Below are positions 24,412 through 36,378 of a stretch of 64,000 nt of DNA, piece after piece. Source of the stretch: Felis catus (taxonomy: Eukaryota). Made by a program: the position numbers and the translations under genes. How positions within the stretch are numbered: the stretch's first letter is position 1; the number at the start of each line of letters is the position of its first letter. The DNA lies in contig NC_058369.1 of NCBI RefSeq assembly GCF_018350175.1, positions 4,092,001 to 4,156,000 of the forward strand, written 5' to 3'. Under the pieces are notes generated by a model, which saw only the letters and a list, made by a program, of their open reading frames with translations, had not been told where the DNA came from and did not search any database.

Positions 24412-24795
24412 CTGTTGAAAAACATGGTCACCAAACTTGAGTTCCTGGGACTCGGGCGGCAGCTCACACCTCTTCAGACTTGCACACAAAACCAACCAGC
24501 CTGGCGGCAGGCGGACGGACACGACTCTCGGAAAACCGCGGTAGGGACAATATCCTCTTGAGAGGCAGAGCCCTCATTCCCCCGGGAGATCTCTGCCACA
24601 TCTAGAACCGTCAGGACGGAACTGCAGGCTTGCGGCTATTTTTGCTAACTGCTCGATGCCCGGGGATAGCAGAGCGGCTCACGGGCACACACATGGGAAA
24701 CTACGTCCGAATGCGCGTTAAAAACTAATTTCAAGTTTCGCCGTGTGTGGAAAAAAACATTTTTTCCAAATTAATACAGTATAAAATAGAAAGGA

Positions 24796-25016
24796 GGGGT
24801 GCCTGGGTGGCTCAGTCGGTTGAGTGTCCCTCAGGTCGTGATCTCAAGGTCCGTGGGTTGGAGGCCCGCTTCTGGCTCTGTGCTGACAGCTCGGACCCTG
24901 GAGCCTCCTTCGGATTCTATGTCTCCCTCTCTCTCTCTGCCGCTGCCCTGCTCAGACACTCTCTCTCTCTCGCTCTCGAAGTAAGAAACGTTAACAAAAA
25001 ACTTAAAAAAAAAATG
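24796..25016 (+). mobile_element. Can-SINE, intron 11
   Basis: Head, (CT)n, A-tail. Confidence 0.9.
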
Positions 25017-25489
25017 AAGTAAAATAGAGTGGAGGTACGGGATGAGGACAGGAGGTGGCGGCTTACACGAAGCAGCGGGCCACAGGCCTGTAACAACACG
25101 CCTGGTCATTTCTGCATATTGTGGGGGAGTTAAAATGGCAGGCTACGTACGTCCCAGCTTGTGCAGCAACTGCTGTCACATTTCAACCCGGAGGCCGCTT
25201 TTTTCTAAGCAGTGAAATAAATCCTCGTCGCCACCCAAACTTGTCTCCCTTATTCCCTAACGCTGTTATCTCGGGCGATCAAATCTCACACTCCTTAAAT
25301 GCCCACCGTGTGCCAGGCCCCTCGGGTTCCCTGACCAGGTCCCTGCCCTGTCTTCCCTACAACCCAGGCAGGGCTCAGCCTGTTGGGAGAAACCTCTCCC
25401 AAGGTCACTCTTCCTCCCTCCTCAACTTCCACAGCACGTCGTCTTTAAAATAATAATCACACTTTAAGAAAAACCTCGTTTAAAAAAAT

Positions 25490-25730
25490 TTTTTTAATTT
25501 TTATATTTTAATTTTTCAGAGAGAGAGAGAGGGCACGTGCAAGCAAGCTTAAGCGTGTGAACTGGAGAGAGGGGCTGAGAGAGAAGGAGAGAATTTTAAG
25601 CAGGCGGCACATTCAGCGAGAAGCCTGCTTGGGATTCTCTCTCCCTCTGCCCTGCCCCTGCTCACACTCTCGCTAAAAATAAACTTACAAAGAGTCCAAA
25701 CTCAACCCACTGAGCCACCCGAGGTGCCCC
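25490..25730 (-). mobile_element. Minus-strand Can-SINE interrupted by a plus-strand SINE 3' fragment (about 25620-25690)
   Basis: T-tail/(GA)n, then AGCCTGCTTGGGATTCTCTCT...AAAAATAAAC, then GAGCCACCCGAGGTGCCCC. Confidence 0.75.
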
Positions 25731-25802
25731 TATTTAAAATTTATGAAAATGTAAATACACACAACAATTGATGGTGTGTACTAGAATCAAGACCTGTTAT
25801 TT

Positions 25803-26255
25803 GGGGGCGCCTGGGTGGCTCAGTCAGTTAAGCATCCGACTTCGACTCAGATCACGATCTCACGGTTCCTGGGTTTGAGCCCTGTGACGGGCTCTGTGCT
25901 GAGAGCTAGGAGCCCGGGGCCTTGTTTGGATTCTGTGTCTCCTTCTCTCCCTGCTCCTGTTTCTCTCTCTCCCTCTCCCCAAAATAAACAAACGCTTAAA
26001 AAAAAAAAGTGGGGGGGGGGGGTGGCACCCAGATGGCTCAGTCGGCTAAGCGTCCGACTTCGACTCAGGTCATGATCTCACAGGTCGTGAGTTCGAGCCT
26101 CGCATCGGGCTCTGTGCTGACAGCTCAGAGCCTGGAGCCTGCTTCAGATTCCGCATCTCCCTCTCTCTCTGGCTCTTCCCCGCTCATGCTCTTTCTCGCC
26201 TTCAAAAATAAGTAAAAACGTTAAAAGAAAAATTAAAAAAAAAAATTTTTTTTTA
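25803..26255 (+). mobile_element. Two tandem Can-SINEs, intron 11
   Basis: Heads at about 25803 and 26020. Confidence 0.92.
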
Positions 26256-28197
26256 AGCACATCGGTTTCACAAAAACAACAAAGCCAAAACCCAAAACAC
26301 CATACGTGTGTCAACTTACTCAAGGAACTTCCCTGTGACGGCCACCACAGGGCCTTTCCTGACCATCCCTGGGCTCCACCGCCCGTGTCTCTGCTGAGTG
26401 GTGCCTGGGTAGCCTCACAGCCTGGCGTCACCGGGACGGCACTACAACGCTGCACCGCAGCGTCTCACCTCACATCCGTGTCGGGGGACACACACAGACG
26501 TGGCTCCCTTCCACGGCTACGCGGTCCACGTCCCTTCCCCTCTGACAGAGGCGGAAATCGTTCTGGTGACTACGTGACTCCAGATAAAGCCGTGACGAAT
26601 CACGGGTGACGCACGGCCCTCGCTATCCTGTGGTGGCGCCTTCTCTCTCCGAGGAGACCCCTCCTGCTGTCCTGTACTCACGCGGCACCTCCCGCACGCA
26701 GAGAAACCTCTCGGTAACCAGAGTTAAAAATGTAATTTCGAAAACACGAATGCATACGGACACAAAAAGGCTGGAGGGACACACGGGAAGGGGCCACCCT
26801 CGGGCAGGGGCTGGTGCTGGACACGTGCGTGTGCTTTCCAAACGGCAACCGCAGCAAACGCACCACTCATCCGAGACCGTGAAGACGAGCCACTTCTTCG
26901 GAAAAGTTTCTCTCCTTCGCTTAGACTACCTACTGAACCTAGAGATTCTCGAAAGGAAAGGTTAATGAAGGTGTTCACTGGAAGAAAAAAACTGTGGTTC
27001 AAACATACTGTGAATTCCTCAATCTCCCAGTCAGATCACTTCAAGGCAGTGTGGCTGTCAACGGCCCCGAGTTCACTGCCCGCCGCGACCGAACCCTGGC
27101 CTTGTCACTTCTTAGCTGGGCTGCTCTGTGTGCCCTTCAGCCGGGCAGTCCCCGACCCGGAGCCTGCTCCCTCTGCGACACGAAACTCTTCCAGGGACCA
27201 AGGGAACCACCCGATGCACGCTAGCCAGTTATTAGCCCCTTCCTTTCGTCCAGACACACCTCACTGGGTGGTCAGAAAAATCACTGAGGGAAATGGATTC
27301 CCAAACACCAAGAAGACCAAGAATTCTGAACAGCTACCGATATCTGACAAATACGGTTTTAGAATTGCGGACAGAACAGGTCTCTTTGGAGAAGCTGCTG
27401 ACAGAATCGCTGGTCTCGCTTGTAAATACACGAAGGCTACTCTGACACTTAGTACTCACGGGTCTACAGACTAATTTGGAATGAAGAGCGGCAATTAAAC
27501 TGTTAAAAATGGAGTTGAACTTAGGAGTGTTAACGATGTCCGCACCTTCGCTCAACGTCCGTTTTCTTAACATAAAAAACAAAGGCAAAACTGAATCACT
27601 GAGACGGACAGATTTCTCAGCAACGGGTTCAATCTGCAGGGAGAATGCCCCCAGGTGTGCAAGAAGGTTGCACAGACAATATGAACACACCGTGCTGGGC
27701 ACTGAGAACTGTATCACCATCACGCACCTCACGGAAGCCTACCTCCTCCAGGAGATAAACCTATTAACTTTGAGAAAATTTGTAAGCAGGCAATGCCTAC
27801 TCTGAATGACCCGTCTGTCCCTACTTCCATCTTGGTTAAAGATACAAATCACCTCCTTCATAGATGGCATCCAGACCCACAGTTCCCCAACTTCTGTGCC
27901 AAGGTACCCCTCAGGGTGCCACAGTGAACTCACAGGTGCCCTGAGGTACCAGATATTTTTGAGGGACACGGTAATACCTGACGGTGGTCAGACACCGCAC
28001 AAACTACTAGCTCGACGATATTCTTTTCGGTACTAGTTCAGGTTACGTTCCTTTGGATGACGCTACGTTTTTTAAAAGTGGCTGTGATAAAAAGCAGGAA
28101 CTGAACGAAAACCATTCTGGATCAGGAAACGATTCCAAGGTTTGAGAGACTGTGCAAGGACCCAGAACATTAACAGTGAAATAAAAATCATTCTTTC

Positions 28198-28403
28198 GGG
28201 TCGCCTGGGTGGCTCAGTCGGTTAAGTGTCCGACTCTTGGTTTCGGCTCAGGTCATGACCTCACAGCTTCATGGGTTCAAGCGCCACGTCAGGCTCTGCA
28301 GTGGCAGAGCGGAGCCTGCCTGGGATTCTCTCTCACCCCCCGCCCCGCCCTTCCCTCACTGGCACGGTCTCTGTTTCTCAAAATAAACAAACTTAAAAAA
28401 ATT
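28198..28403 (+). mobile_element. Can-SINE, intron 11 near exon 11
   Basis: GACTCTTGGTTTCGG head variant, A-tail. Confidence 0.92.
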
Positions 28404-28699
28404 ACAAAATTATTATTCTTCCATTTTGCGTGTCATTTTTTTTCCCAACAGATTACTAAGTTGTTTAGACACAAACGCTTATTAAGGATCCCCCGAACAC
28501 ATTTCTTACAGTTACGTGTTACTTCACTCGACAGCTTTACAGAAACAATACTCAAGTGGCAGCAAGATGCACAAATCGGACACTTCAGTGAGAAGCTGGA
28601 GAGGCAGGCTGTCCTTGGAGAGGAGGAATGACCCTGTGGCTGTCACCTGCCCTCTTCCCGCCCACTCCCAAGAGAAAAGTTAAGAGAAAGGCAACGCAG

Positions 28700-28783
28700 G
28701 GCTTCCACTCACAACCGTGAGATCAAGACCTGAGCTGAGATCAAGAGTCGGACGCCCCACTGACTGAGCCCCCCGGGCGCCCT
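28700..28783 (-). mobile_element. Can-SINE head fragment
   Basis: GAGATCAAGAGTCGGACG...GAGCCCCCCGGGCGCC. Confidence 0.8.
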
Positions 28784-28810
28784 GAGAAAGGTTTGAAATC
28801 ACCACTTTAC

Positions 28811-28923
28811 TTTTCAATTTTGATCTCCACGGGATGATGTCTGTCAACACTAGTTAGTTTTTCCTTCTTCACTTCACACTCTTTTCTGTCGGACAGCTTT
28901 TTCCCAGCCGGTTCATTTTTGGC
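28811..28923 (-). CDS. SAFB2: SAFB2 exon 11
   Basis: [37 protein letters not shown](K); 113 nt; 89-nt intron 10. Confidence 0.96.
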
Positions 28924-29012
28924 CTAAAACACAAGACGGACAGAAATGGCTCACGGTCCAGGTCTTCTCGCTTGTCGGCTCCGTGGGTTACGGCAGGCAA
29001 GAACGGCCTCAC

Positions 29013-29162
29013 CTTCTCGACGGAGATCATTCTTCCGTGAAGCTCAGTTCTGTGGAGATGACTGATGCACTTTGTAGCCTCATCAGATGTCGACATGGTG
29101 ACAAACCCATAGCACCGAGCTCCAGGACTGCGGGCGTTGGTCACCACTTTGGCCCCGACAAC
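29013..29162 (-). CDS. SAFB2: SAFB2 exon 10 (RRM C-half, RNP1)
   Basis: [50 protein letters not shown]; 150 nt. Confidence 0.98.
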
Positions 29163-29539
29163 CTTCACGAGAAAGGGCACGCTTATTCTCCCGCACAGAT
29201 CACCACACAATCTGTCAAAACTGATGAGCAGTTAATTGATCATCGGAATTACTTCCACTACTTTTTACTTCTCCACAAACTGGTGGTTCTCCAGGACTAG
29301 TTACGCAAGTGGTTCTAATCCATCCCATCAAAATACAATTGTTTTCGATGCAAGATCGGCCCTCGGAGTGACAAAAAACAAACAGGAACAGCTAAAGACA
29401 TTTAAACTTCACCAACCACAACTCATTAATTAATCAAAAGTCCTTCCCACTTGGATCATTTTCTCCAACTGGACTTCTACTTCCAGACAGGCTGGCGCAC
29501 CAAGTAATTACCCTCCGGCTGCCTGAAACTAGAAAACTA

Positions 29540-31760
29540 GAGGAAAAGCAGGCAACAAGGGTTTTCGGACGCCGCACACCAGGCCACACGGGATGGTGAC
29601 CTGCAAGAGAGGACACGCGGAGCCGTATGGGTGCCCGGGCTCACTTCCCAGAAGTACCTGGCCACGGGCAGAGAGGGGCGACGGCCCACGGAGGGGTGAG
29701 GGGCGGTATCCCGGAGCGGCGCACAAGTCAACGTCTGAAACAATCGAGGCAGCGAGAGCCCAGTATCGACGAGGGCAGCGCCGCATAAAGACCGCTGCGG
29801 GGAGCCGCACACCTGTGAGGAGCCCACGGGCGGCCAGGGGCGAGAGACCCACCCGTAAGAAGAGAGCAAGCAATCCCCACGGCTGGGCTGCTCAGGGCCT
29901 CAAACGATTCACTTTTTCCAGAGTGAACCCAGCAGCTGGAGTGGAAAAGCTTGCAATTCACGGGGCACGAGGCTGAGAAGCCAGAAGGGTGCCGCCCCCG
30001 GAGCCGAACTAACCTAACCAACCTGCTCTGACCTAACGAAGCCGGACAGCAAATCTGAGGAATAAATGAGTGAACTGTGTCCCAGCAAAAGCTCAAGAAC
30101 ACTTATAGGGACATACGAGTAACTAGAACACACGTAAATCACGACGTCTGACGTCCGATCGAAAATAACCAGGCAGGCCCAGAAGCAGAAAGGGACTCTA
30201 ATGAAGAAAACAAACCAACCAATAGAGAAAGACCCAGAAGTGACTCCATGACAGAATTAGTCAACAACGATGTTAAAATTATTTTGGCTATATCCTAAAC
30301 CCTCAAGAAGCTGGAGAAACCACTCAACATGCCGGGTAAACACACAGAAGGTATTTGAAAATACCCAACCCGGAATTTTGGAGCTGGAAAATACATCAGA
30401 GGAGACGGACAGCAGACCCGGCAGAAAAAAGGTAAGGGAACTTGAAAACATAGCAACAGAAGCTACTCGAAATAAATGGAGGGAAAAAGACAAAACACGC
30501 CAAAACAAACCACAGCAACAGCGGGCTTTACGATAGCGCATGGGTCGTCAAAGGCAAGAAGCACAGGAAAAACTTAGTGGATGAAACCCCAGAATATTCG
30601 TGGCAGCGAATCACTCCAAGCCAGTGATCAAGAGAATCTTACAGGTAAGCCAGAGGAAAACAGACACCCGTGCCCTAAGGAACGAAGGTGAGACCCATAG
30701 CCACAGGTCAGATGACATGAGCCGGAAGGAAGGAGGCAGCACTGCTGTCCAGAAAAAAAAAAAAAAAAAAAAAAAATCAAGGAACCTGGAATTTGGCACC
30801 CGGCAAACAGAGTTTTCCAAACGAAGGCAAAAGAATGACATTCCCAGACCCACAAGAGCAGTGGAAATTATCACTGGCAAGCCTGTACCTTAAGGAAGGT
30901 TTAAAGATAGAATAAAATAATACCCAACAGGAACTTGGATGTCAACGAAAGGGAATAAAGAGCACCTCAAAAGATACACACGTAGGTAACTGAAAAGTCC
31001 CTGTTTTTTCTTATTTATGTACCTCTTTAAGGTGTAAGCACAAAGCATATTACACACGTAAATAAGCCAATAACGTACTGCGTTATTAAATAGAAAACAG
31101 ACCACGATGGCAAGACCAAAAAGGCTGGGAGGGAAAATGGCGGTGCACTGTTACAAGGTTCGCACGCCTCCAGGGAACCAGATTATCACTGAAGGGACAG
31201 ACTGGGCTAAATTGAGTCTTCTTTTTTTTAAGTTTATTTATGTATTTTAAGAGGGGTGAGGGGGGAATACACACAGGGGAGAGGGAGAAAGAATCCTAAG
31301 CAGGCTCCGCACTGTCAGCACACAGCCTGATGTGGGGCTCGATCGTACGAACCGTGAGACCGTGACCTGAGCCAAAATCAAGAGTCAGACGCTTAACTGA
31401 CCGAGCCACGCGGGCACCCCAAGTTGAACCTTGTAACAGAATTCCTAAATGCGGCTATCAAAGAGAAATGTTATAGTTCAACCAATAAGTGAAAAAAAAG
31501 AGTCAGAAAAAAAAAATACCTTGAAACAAACGAAAAGTAAACCCAACACACAATAATTATGACATGTAGCAAAAGCAGTGAAGAGTGAAGTTCACGGTGA
31601 TGGAAGTCCACATCCAGAAACAAGGAAAAACTCAAATAAACAACTAAATTTTACAACCTCCAGAAACCAGGCCATAGTAACACTAGTCCCATACACGAGT
31701 TACAGCTAGGGCAGAACAAATCATAAAAAGCACTCAATGCAAAAGGCAGCAAGAGAAGCA
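29540..31760 (+). mobile_element. Ancient L1 5' portion (5'UTR-like, ORF1, ORF2 start), SAFB2 intron 9, antisense to gene
   Basis: ORF 30270-30536 (ILELENTSEETDSR...VRELENIATE) resembles the L1 ORF1p coiled coil; ORF2-like remnant about 31560-31680; left boundary uncertain. Confidence 0.7.
31219..31420 (-). mobile_element. Can-SINE inserted in L1, intron 9
   Basis: Full reverse copy. Confidence 0.92.
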
Positions 31761-31894
31761 AGGAGGCCAAGAAATAGGTCAGAGAGAAGACAGAGCCAGA
31801 GCCGACTCAAACCCCACTATGCTCGTGCTCGTGTTACACGTGAATGTTCCCATGGGATGTGCAGAGACCCGAGGGGAGAGCCCGCACCTACGCG

Positions 31895-32870
31895 AGTGCA
31901 GAGCCCTGAGTCTGGCCCCGACCACCTGATTCAGGTCAACGTGAGCAAGTCCCCTCCTCTCTCCGGACCTCAACGTCCCCACCTGTGCGATGATGGTGGG
32001 GGTGGGGTGGAGGAACGTTCCATCATCTCTAGGTTCGCAGCAGACTCGGGGGTCCGTGTTCCCACCCGCAGGTGTGGAGCAGCGCTGCTCTCTCAGTAGA
32101 GGAGAGCCCTGCTCCGTCCAGAGCACCTCACACAGGGCCAAAGGGGACTTTCTGAAGGGGACAGATGTCACTTCTCTCAGAGACGAATTTCCCATTCTTC
32201 ACTCTCCTCAAGGTCAAGGGGCCGAGCCAATTGTGGGATCACATGACTTCCTCACCAAACTAAGTACCCTTGCAAGGACATCGCTTCTGATGCCCACGAG
32301 AGCAGAATCCAAGACAACCTCACCTGTCCCTGTCCCCTGGCCTCGCCCTCTGCCCCCCACAGCAGCCTCCGATTAGTTGATCCAAAATACAGACTTGTCC
32401 CACCACAGGGCCTCCATGCCACTGCTCTAGTCCACAGCTGAGACCTGTGGGCAAGGTCAATTCCAGAATCACCCAGGCCTCACTTAAACAGCACTTACTC
32501 GGCAAGGTGCGCCAAACCCCAGACCCACATCTAAATCTGGTGTCCCTCCCAAACGCTGATGGCATGCTGTTAACTTCCCTGAATAAACCCATCGTTTAGG
32601 CTGTGTTTACTTTTTTTTTCAATGTTCACTCTTCAGAGAGAGCAAGCAAGCAGGGGAGGGGCAGAGAGAGGCAGACCGAGGATCTGAAGCGGATTCTGTG
32701 CTAACAGCAGAGAGCCCAGCCCGATGCACGGCTCAAACTCAAACCGTGAGATCATGACCTGAGCTGAAGCCACCCAAGCACCCCTGTTGTATTTACTTCT
32801 TCAACGATTTCCCCATCAGACTGTTAAGACCTATGAGGACGTGACCTTCTATGTGCTGTTAGGCTTCATA
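31895..32870 (+). mobile_element. MIR (about 31895-32000) and L2 fragments (about 32300-32870)
   Basis: Diverged MIR core; L2-like tail CCCCATCAGACTGTTAAGACCTATGAGGAC. Confidence 0.5.
32608..32785 (-). mobile_element. Can-SINE, intron 9
   Basis: Reverse copy with internal deletion. Confidence 0.85.
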
Positions 32871-33804
32871 ATTGGTGTCTAAGTCAAGTAAATAACCGAC
32901 AAGTAGGTTACGGCGTCAGTTTGAAGCCCTTGTGAAAGACATTCACTGTGAAGAAAAATTCATCTTACAAACACTGCTTCTGGGTCCTGTCCACTTAGGT
33001 CACTGACACATTTGCTGACGTCTAGTCAGGGACACAGACCTGAGCAAAGACAGGCCCAGGGCATCCAGGACATCTGTGAAGCTCCGCCTGGACTCCCGGC
33101 AGCTTCTCCATGCTGGGGGTGTGTGTGTGGGGGGGGGAACCCCACACCTGCTCCCCCCCTTGGAGGGCCACTCCCCACAGGCACCCACAAGACCAGGGCA
33201 GTCCTCCTGCCCTAAAATGAGACTGCTTCACTATCTAATTCCAGGATGATGAAAATCGGTTTTAAGTGTTCTCGAGTCCTCAGAAGGCTTCTAAATTGTA
33301 TTATTTTCTTCCTGCCCCTGTGGACAGCGTATTAGTTGATATATTTTTAAACCACTATCGTGTTCCAGTTTTTGAACTATAGGTTTAAAAACGCCGGAAT
33401 ATATAAAGTTAACTCGTCACTTACTGTTCAGGAAAAAAATCCAGCATGCCAGCTTTTAAGTTGTATATGGGCCACAAAAACAGCAGTTTCTTCAAGACAA
33501 GTTAGAATGAACCACAGCAACGTTTAGACTGCAGCTATTTACATACATTTTCTGTGACACAACGAACTACCTGTTGGCTGTTCCCCACTCTCAAGTGGGA
33601 AACAAGGCCCACTACCTTGTGGGGTTCTGTTTTCCATACACAAGTATGTGTGCACGTACACACACATGTAGAAATATACAAGCCCAAAAAAACAAAAAAG
33701 ACCACCGACCAGATTAACGATAGAAAAAAGAACTCCCCAAACTCTGAGCTTATTTTTTAATGCCAAATCGAGGCTGGGCGGCAGGACGTTAAGGGAGCAC
33801 GTAC

Positions 33805-33905
33805 CTTTCCATACTTGTTGAATAGATTCTTCAGATCTGTCGCTCGAGTTGTGGAGGACAGTCCACTGACCCACAGGTTCCTGCCAGAGCTGCTTCCGGT
33901 ACGAC
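33805..33905 (-). CDS. SAFB2: SAFB2 exon 9 (RRM N-half, RNP2)
   Basis: (G)[33 protein letters not shown]; 101 nt. Confidence 0.97.
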
Positions 33906-34446
33906 CTGGGGCAGGAGGCAAAGGATCAGGCTTTGCCTCCAGGCCTAACAGGAAGCACGGCGTGCCTCAGAACGTGGCCCTCTCTTAAACCCCAGCCACA
34001 TCCAATTTCAACTCTTCTGGTTTAGAAACGTAATTACTGCCAACACACGGAAGACCAAAAATACGGACTGTGGAAACGGCTTCCTTACTCAAGGAATCCT
34101 CAGGTCCACGTCAGTTACAAATGGAAATGACTACTGGTGCCCAATTCTCACCCAAGGTGGCAGTTTCTACAACCTTGTCCCATTATTATAATGGGCAGAA
34201 CAGGATGAGAATAGGACACAGTGCAGTCAGACTTTCAGTATCTCATAAATGACACCCACGACCGAGACAGAAACCACAGAAGCTCACCAACATTTACATC
34301 TAGTCTCTCAAGATACTGCTAGATGGAACTTCCGGTAATCCTCAATCAAACCAACTACTGGATCCCAAATGTGGGTACCTGTAGGCCCCTCCCTCCCGAA
34401 ATAAGGGATCCACAGGCGGCTCCCTGCCACATAAGTTAAATCATAC

Positions 34447-34496
34447 CTTTTTCATCTTTAATGATTGGCTTTATATCTTTTTCTTCCTTAAAAGAG
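34447..34496 (-). CDS. SAFB2: SAFB2 exon 8
   Basis: (S)SFKEEKDIKPIIKDEK(G); 50 nt; TAG acceptor, AAG|GTATGA donor; SAFB2-type rather than SAFB-type sequence. Confidence 0.95.
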
Positions 34497-34857
34497 CTAG
34501 AGACAAAAGTTAATGTTACTCACACAGGAAAAAAATGAAAGAGAACTAAATTAAAAGTATGGTATGTGCTAAAACTGAATACCTACCAGAAAATTAGTCT
34601 GAAATAAAATTTTAAGACACCTTTGCAAGCTTTTATAGGAAATCTGACCCCCAAAATACAATGTCAGATTCTTAAAAGTCAATTGGATTTAGCCGAAGAT
34701 AAGAGTTAACAATTTAAGAACACAACCGTTAATAGGTTGAGAAAAAGAAAAGAAATAGGTTCACCCATTAAAAATACACAGAGAGATATAAAACATCGTT
34801 TAGAAGTAAACTACAATTGCATCAGTCTGGCTGGCCAATTGCAGAAAAAACAGCTTA

Positions 34858-34999
34858 NNNNNNNNNNNNNNNNNNNNNNNNNNNNNNNNNNNNNNNNNNN
34901 NNNNNNNNNNNNNNNNNNNNNNNNNNNNNNNNNNNNNNNNNNNNNNNNNNNNNNNNNNNNNNNNNNNNNNNNNNNNNNNNNNNNNNNNNNNNNNNNNNN
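34858..34999. other. Assembly gap (142 N) covering the 3' end of SAFB2 exon 7
   Basis: N run. Confidence 0.99.
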
Positions 35000-35361
35000 A
35001 AACTTCTTCACGTCTTCTTTGCTATCTCTGGGGTCTGGGCTTGAGGCTTCCTGGGGCGCTTCCGCGACCTCCTCGCTAGAGGCTTCCGTGTGCTCTGAGG
35101 CTTTACTACTCTGCTCAACTGGCTTCTCTAGCCCTACAGGCTCACAGTCCGTCCGCGCGCCATCGCCCGGCTGCTCCACGGGCTCCCTTTTCACTACCGC
35201 TAACAGGGTGTCTGCCCTGCTCGCCTGAGCTCGTGCTGTTGACTCGCTGGCCAAATCTAAGTCACCCTCCTCCGGATGGGCGCTGCCAAAAAGGTCCTCT
35301 TCCTCCGCAAGCTTTCTGTCTGGCCCCACGCTACTTGTATCCTGTGCAAAGGGCTGCTCCA
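35000..35361 (-). CDS. SAFB2: SAFB2 exon 7, visible part (true ends about 34923 and 35433 lie in N-gaps)
   Basis: [24 protein letters not shown]...[10 protein letters not shown] matches the SAFB-family acidic region; both splice sites are hidden. Confidence 0.93.
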
Positions 35362-35511
35362 NNNNNNNNNNNNNNNNNNNNNNNNNNNNNNNNNNNNNNN
35401 NNNNNNNNNNNNNNNNNNNNNNNNNNNNNNNNNNNNNNNNNNNNNNNNNNNNNNNNNNNNNNNNNNNNNNNNNNNNNNNNNNNNNNNNNNNNNNNNNNNN
35501 NNNNNNNNNNN
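35362..35511. other. Assembly gap (150 N) covering the 5' end of SAFB2 exon 7
   Basis: N run. Confidence 0.99.
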
Positions 35512-36350
35512 CGGCTGCCACGCTAACACGAAGAGAACCGCTAGCTACACAGAGATTGGAAAACCCGCGGGTACACAAAGTTACACTGGTTACACTACCT
35601 GCGCTCCAACCGACTGCTACAGTAAGCCGCTACGCTACATGGAAGAGAAAAGGCCCCCACAGATTTAAACACCTACAACCACGTGGCTGCTTCTCGACAG
35701 TCTTCGTCAGGTTTTTGTTCAAGTGTGGGTCTTCGACTTATTTTCCCAGTGTCCGAGGTGCGGAACCGAATGCGATCACCGTTTGACGACAGCTCAGTTT
35801 CCAAATTTCTTCGAATTTCTTTTAACGGGACAGTCCGACATGAAACCCAGAATCTCTTCCGACGGCAGGAGATAGACACGCAGTCCGGAAGGGGAGTGAC
35901 ATGTTGGAAATTTTCCTGAAGAAACTGTTTCCTCTTCTAGAATCCAGTCACTTCTCGGGTTAAAAGTGCCCTGACAACCGCTTTTTATCCTGCCTTAACT
36001 GTTATCACTCAGAAAGACTGGGGCAAAATATCACAAGATCTGTTTCATGTGTAGAAACACATGGAAGAATCACAGGGGGAAATTACTTAAAATGCCACTC
36101 TACGTGGTTAGAGAGATGAAAATAATCACTACATCTCACCAAATATATTTGACCTCCAGAAACCAGAACGGCACTTCCACAGATCTGGTGATACGAGTGG
36201 GTTTCCAATCTCTGATCCTCGTACGATCTGGATTGTCCACCATTAAAATAATTTACATGACCATACACAGCTTAGAATATATAGACAGCTTGAAAAACAA
36301 GAGTGGGAAAACTTTCAAACCATTAACTGTCGTGTTTCTCTTATCAGTAC

Positions 36351-36378
36351 CTGGCTCCAAGAGAGGTTCTTCAATATC
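36351..36378 (-). CDS. SAFB2: SAFB2 exon 6 (28-nt microexon)
   Basis: DIEEPLLEP+G; polypyrimidine tract and TAG acceptor, CAG|GTACTG donor; phases fit neighbours. Confidence 0.9.

Noticed and set aside
33240-33290. GATGATGA C-box-like motif
   Set aside because: On the strand opposite the host gene, with no properly placed D box or terminal stem
35673-35879. 68-aa minus-strand ORF in SAFB2 intron 6
   Set aside because: No convincing flanking splice sites; not part of any SAFB2 protein I recall
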